In this document: piece by piece, positions 58,801 through 64,000 of the stretch
Position numbering within the stretch: the stretch's first letter is position 1
Layout of the letters: every line of letters begins with the position of its first letter
Translations under genes and position numbers: made by a program
Source: Takakia lepidozioides
Lineage: Eukaryota; Plantae; Bryophyta
Assembly: GCA_030704615.1 (NCBI GenBank)
Contig: CM060731.1
Coordinates: 77,128,001-77,192,000, forward strand
Length of the DNA: 64,000 nucleotides
Direction of reading: 5' to 3'
The notes under the pieces: model-generated
The model's database searches: none
What the model was told of the DNA's origin: nothing
What the model saw: the letters and a program-made list of their open reading frames with translations, nothing else

Positions 58801-61309
58801 CTCTATATCTTGGAAACAGGACCGCCCTGTCAAACAGGCTAAGTCCTGGCAGAAGAGAGTAGAAGAGATCCTCAAGGACCTGGACCTGGATCCGCAAGTC
58901 TTGACCCTGCTGGATAAATCTGACTTAGAGGCTGTAGTGTCCTCAGCCATGTCTGTTGCCATGAGATTGTCTGATGAAAATGAAGTTAGGCAGAAAACTT
59001 CCCTGAACTTGTTTCCAGTCTGTGACATGGGGGAGGACATCTTGGATGACCTCAAGGGTCTACCCACTCTCGGCACTAGACTGAAATTTAAACTCAGGGC
59101 AGGAAGCCTACCTTTGAACAGCAAACAGAAGCAGAGAGGAAAGGGAGAGTGCAATTGCCCGTTGTGTGGGCAATCTGAAGACAGTATTCATTTTCTGATA
59201 CACTGTCCGGGGTTCTCTCACCAAAGAGACGCTCTCTTCAAATCTATTAAGGGAATTGTGCCTGTACCCCTGTTTACCAACTTTGAAAGTCTCGAGGCTG
59301 AGCCAAAAGCCCAGGCCCTCCTGAGGCCTAGTTTTTGGGCAAATCACACACAGCAGATTGATGCCTGTGTGAAGGGATTTCTAGAGGATATCTGGAAAAC
59401 CCGGATTAATTCTTTATATGGAGGTAAGTCTTACTACCAACGTCAGCCCCTGACAGAGGTAGGTTCTGTCCCTTTTGTTCCCGCTCAAACTGGGCGCGGG
59501 GTCAATGGCCACAAGGCTACGGCAAACTACGTCTTATGAGTACAATCTGTTCCCTCTTGTTCCGCTCAAACTGGGCGCGGTGTCTATGGCCACAAGGCTA
59601 TGGAAAACAACATCGAATCAGTACATTCTATCTGAGTCTGCTTTGATATTATGGATACCAGAGTGAGTCAAGCATGTTGTTTTCATAGTGTGAATGGTAT
59701 AATGCATTGTGCACCTTGTCTGAGGATGGAGAGCAGTTAATCCGCTGGCAGTAATTGATACTCTCCTCTCTGTCTCTCTCTCGGTATGGAGGTTCTTTCA
59801 TTCCATTTTCCTTCTGTCTTTCTTCTTGGTGGCTGTAACTATTCTACGGGATTTTGTTGAGCAGCTGCTCATAGACTTTATCAAAGAGGTGGTGGGTGGA
59901 CCAACTGTTCTTGTGGGGAACTCAATCGGCAGCCTTGCGTGTGTCATTGCTTCTGCAGGTTGGAGTAATGACCCCCCTTTCACAAATTTTACTGCATACA
60001 TGAATCTGGCCATGTAGAATGTGTGGTGGTGGATTTTAACTCTTCATACTTCATTATTGGTTTGTTCTCTTACATATGGTTGTAAATGACAAGTCTACTG
60101 CCATTCAATTATAATATCAAAAATTTGATGGGTTTATCAAATTGAAACTATGGGGTATGCGCGGATGGGTCCAGAGGCAGCGCCCTCAGGGCTAGTAAGG
60201 GGAACAGTGCTACTTAACTGTGCAGGGGGCATGAACAACAAGGCTGTCACCGATGACTGGCGCCTGCAGCTACTTCTACCACTGCTGTGGCTCATTGATT
60301 TTCTTTTACAGCAGCCTTCCATTGCTTCTCGACTCTTCAACCGAGTCAAATCAAGGTAATAAAAGTGCAAGCTTGTCGTTGCTATGTTTCCAACAGATAA
60401 CCCAGTGATTGGGCTGCTGTTAGCATATTCCAGGTGGGGGGACTTTGTCTTGCCTAGTGGCTTTTAAAAGAGGAATCCCTGAAGGAATTCGGGGACTTAG
60501 TAGTCTGGAGTACCAAAAGGTCTCTTGATGGATATCTACCCAAGAGCAATATAATGCATCGGTGGCTTGCCACGTAAAAGTGCTGATGGTGAGCTGTGAT
60601 GTGCCTCTTCGGCATCCTACTACCTAGTATGACTGAACTTTTATGGTGCTTGATAGGGATAACCTGAAGACTGTGTTGCAGTCAGTCTACTGCAACAAGG
60701 AGGCTGTTGATGATGAGCTTGTTGAGGTAACTCTCTTAGCAGGTAGCACTCAATATTTCTGTGGCAATATACAGTCAGATCTCCCTCTGGTTTTTTCTCT
60801 GGTTCTTGTTCTGCCCAAACTGTGCGCGGGGTCTATGGCCACAAGGTATGGCAAACGTCTTATGAGTAATTCTCTCTGGTTTTTGGGCTCTTCATGGATG
60901 TTATAAAGGTCTCTTTGTCTTCCTTCTTTTTCTCGCTTCTTTCATTTCATTTCTCTTGCAACAAGAACTTCAAAATTTTCTAAACCAAACTCCTTTCTGC
61001 CAGGTTATACTGAAACCTGCAGACGATGCAGGTGCATTGGATGCATTTGTGGCTATTATAACAGGGCCACCAGGGCCGAAACCGATGACATTGATGCCCT
61101 CCATCACTAATCCTGTTCTCGTGCTGTGGGGTGATGATGACCCCTTCACACCCATCAATGGCCCAGTTGGAAAGTATTACCAGGCTCTCCCAGCACGTGC
61201 TCCAAATGTGGAGCACCATGTGCTCACTGGTGTAGGGCACTGTCCCCATGATGACCGGCCCGACCTTGTCCATGCCAAACTCCTACCTTGGCTTTCTAGC
61301 CTTCCTTGA
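55875..61309 (+). CDS. CLD1: Chlorophyll dephytylase 1-like alpha/beta hydrolase with predicted transit peptide, 7 exons
   Basis: LLVHGFGASIGHWR, VYAIDLLGLGAS, GNSIGSLACV (nucleophile), LNCAGGMNNKAVTDDWR, GALDAFVAIITGPPGP, GVGHCPHDDRPDLVH. Exons ~55875-56283, 56822-57000, 57291-57402, 59865-59958, ~60175-60355, ~60657-60726, 61004-61309. Confidence 0.9.
57455..58690 (+). mobile_element. Old degenerate family-A LINE with inverted 5' segment, in CLD1 intron 3
   Basis: Minus-strand PGLMFADDF at ~57460-57495, plus-strand LQELIDCVQRYFDLWRL...; 58000-58690 parallels 58710-59480. Confidence 0.75.
58705..59625 (+). mobile_element. Younger 5'-truncated family-A LINE (RT C-terminus with CxxC..H..C finger) plus duplicated tail
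   Basis: Open ORF ...LKFKLRAGSLPLN...CPLCGQSEDSIHFLIHCP...GVNGHKATANYVL*; tail repeated at 59557-59625. Confidence 0.85.
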
Positions 61310-62531
61310 AAAATCATGGCCAACCTCCAGCTCTCGCATATTCAAGGACATACATGTGCCCCAGTATGACCACACTGCGAGCTAATTCAAAGAAAGTGAA
61401 TGACCAGCAACAAGCCACATCTGCGTGATGCCCATCTTGAATCTGATGCACTTGGTGGGTCAACAACCCACCTGTAGTTGTGAGAGGTGTGCTACACCCC
61501 TGGCTGTACGTCATGTATCCAACAAAGGTCAATAATCTCACATTTCGACAAATTGCTATCCAGAACTTGCTAGTTTTTACAAATGTCTAGATGCTAAGCA
61601 GATGCTAGTGCAGTAACAGGATTTACTTTGAAGACTGCTCTGTGAGGTGTAACAGGCATGACTAACCTGTTTTAAGGACCACAACTCCACCTTGCTTTTA
61701 AGTCCTCTCTCTCCGTAATGTTTCTGAATATGTTTTCTTCTTTCACTTTCTTGTTTTACTTGAAAGCTGTCTGTACACTTCTAGACATATGGGCATTGCT
61801 CCCTTGGTGACTGGCACAGAAAAGCCAATGTTGGGTTAGATAAACCCCTGTAAGATTATGTAACGGCAACCCGGATTTCTGCTAGCAGTTGAAGCACTGC
61901 ATTAACACAAAGGCACAAGAGATTGGTGAAAATCTGTTGCTACTATTCAATGATATGTCACACAGTTAGCAGTAGCTTGGATAGATGTTTTGCAAAGAGT
62001 AGGAGACATCATATAGTTGTATGGATTGAAAACAACCATTTGACATGCCCTCAAATCCCTGGAAGATATTATTATCTTCAAACAGTCTGAAATGTGGAGT
62101 TGCTTATTGTGCCACGCAGCTTACTTCATGATTAGAGGATTTGTCCTTATATTGTGCCTTGCAAATTCAAGCCAAGTGTCAGAGAGCGACTCATCCCTTG
62201 ATACTGTTGAAGACTGACCAAGAAAGGAGGAATCACAAGAGCGGCGCATCCAGCTTGCGCTTTGCCATCTCCCTCCCCGATTTCTCGCACATGGAAGGAT
62301 TTTTCAAGGATTTTTAGGGTTTCAATGTACAGACCACAAAACAAAGAGCACATCTGGAAATAGTAAAAGGAAGTGGATGGCGAGCAAAGAAGGTTCAAGT
62401 ACCAAAATAGCAAAAGCAAGAGCGAGGCTTTGTTTTGATAGCACAGAAATGGTGCCAACAATTGTCGGGCTCATGGATATGAATTCTCAGAGGCTGACTC
62501 TTTCTTTCCCTTCGTAGAGAAATTCTGCTAA

Positions 62532-64000
62532 GAGCCAGGTTCCATGGGCAGCTGCAAGCGCCCCCCCCCCCCCCCCCATGAAATAGCCCCAGGCTTTACG
62601 AGGCGTGAGTGGTCGAAATAGGATATTCCCTAAGGGGCGCCCCCACGGGTTCGGCCCTTGCCAAGGGCCACAAAAAAACCGTCCCTGCGATGGAGTTTCA
62701 CTCCGCTAAGTGACACCTTTGTCTTTTCCTGCAGTGGGCCCGCAGCCTTACATAATTATGTTGATTTCCATCCAAAGTAAGTCAGATTTTACGAGAGGGG
62801 ATGATTTTTGACATTTCCATCCAAAACTTATATTAATTGTCAATTATTATCTCATGGGCCCACAACAATTGGTGCCAAAGTTTCTAGAGGGGTGAATGGA
62901 CAGCTCTCCATGGAACCACCCCCTCTTATTTTTAAGGTTGCATCGCATGCAATGATACGGGCATGGCCTAATTGAAGCATTCGCTTCTTCTACCACTCAG
63001 TCTGTATGCCAATTGTGAATGTTAAGTCGCCATCGTAGTACTTGAATGTTGGTGCCAATTTTTCCTCTTGATAGAAGAAGACTGATTTCAGGTTCTGGTC
63101 TTTCCACATGCGGACACTCTCCGCATCGTTGGCATGTTTTTCGAACGTTTGTCACGCCCGTTTCTCGGCTAGGTTGCGCACATCCTGCTCCAACAAAAAA
63201 TCGTCTCGTGTCCATGCATCCCCCAACCTGGTATTGTTCATGACGTGCTCTTTATGTTCCATCATGATTTGAGCGACTGACAGGCCTCGACACAGACACT
63301 CCATGACCCATGCTTTCAATTCCTCGCTAATGTGTGGTGCATAGGCGTGACGAGTGTTCTTGAACTTAGCGGACTTCCCATGACAGACGTTATCTTTCGC
63401 GTCTGTATGCTCCATATTGTTGTAGTACATGACAACACAAATGTCGGGGGCGAGATAGCATTGTTGGACCTTGAAACAACATTGGCAACCATGCTTGTAA
63501 GACTCTCCATATTCCGATTTCTTTCTCCTTGGGCCTTTATGAGGGTGAGGTGTTCCAGCACCTACAAGAGGTCCTCCACGTTTTAGTTTGGGATCCTCCA
63601 CTATCGCATTGTTGGTGTGCTTGTCATCTGGACCGTAGCACCATTGATACTTGGACATAAAAATTACAATAGATATCCATCGACTTCTGAAAGCATGAAA
63701 TCACAGTACGTGGATACGAAAAATGGCAACAGACATGCAATCAGACTACAAAAGGACGATGAGGATGGTGCACACATGATATTGTTTAGAAAACTGTTGG
63801 TTCTCGGCTCTTTTAGCATGCCGGGTTGCACTTTAGTATGGACATTCACCCAAAACTGAGTGGGGTAGTCCACCAAACTTTGTCGAAGAGGCCGTATAAT
63901 CTAGCTTCCCGTTTTTAGTATATCATCACCTTCTGCTTCCACGTCCATGCCCTGTACAGTACAGAGGACACGCTTCAGAACCTGCAAGAAATGCGTCGTA
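62532..64000 (-). mobile_element. Second MULE/SWIM-family element, internally deleted, runs off the window
   Basis: YQWCYGPDD...KHGCQCCF...VCHG...APHISEELKAWV...RDDFLLEQDVRNLA is homologous to 37608-38459 with an intron in the same place (~63777-63650); putative terminus taa|gagccagg at 62532. Confidence 0.8.

Overview
Eukaryotic nuclear DNA from a land plant, probably a non-seed lineage such as a bryophyte (inferred from PPR style and TE content). Host genes: an At3g17950-like gene, a ~20-exon K+ efflux antiporter (KEA4/5/6 type), TKPR2, a PLS-class PPR whose DYW domain has decayed, ALF4, a DUF538 gene and CLD1. Pseudogene fragments: a cysteine-desulfurase-like piece, GILT, and an inverted partial KEA copy. 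TEs: 3' ends of at least three LINE families, a CRE-like non-LTR element, tRNA-derived SINEs, a Ty3/Gypsy remnant and two MULE/SWIM elements. The standout is a decayed ~12 kb cargo-rich DNA transposon (~27.5-39.7 kb). It carries a MULE-type SWIM transposase split by an internal ~3.1 kb inversion, a second SWIM protein, a gene joining a ParB-like N-terminal region to a beta-class amino-(N4C/N6A)-DNA-methyltransferase SAM-binding region, one or two unknown ORFs, and two differently built tandem arrays sharing one 28-34 bp palindrome (CAGATTAAGGTGTCGT-CA/TG-ACGACACCTTAATCTG) whose core flips orientation between units. All family calls are by eye from motifs; no searches were run.
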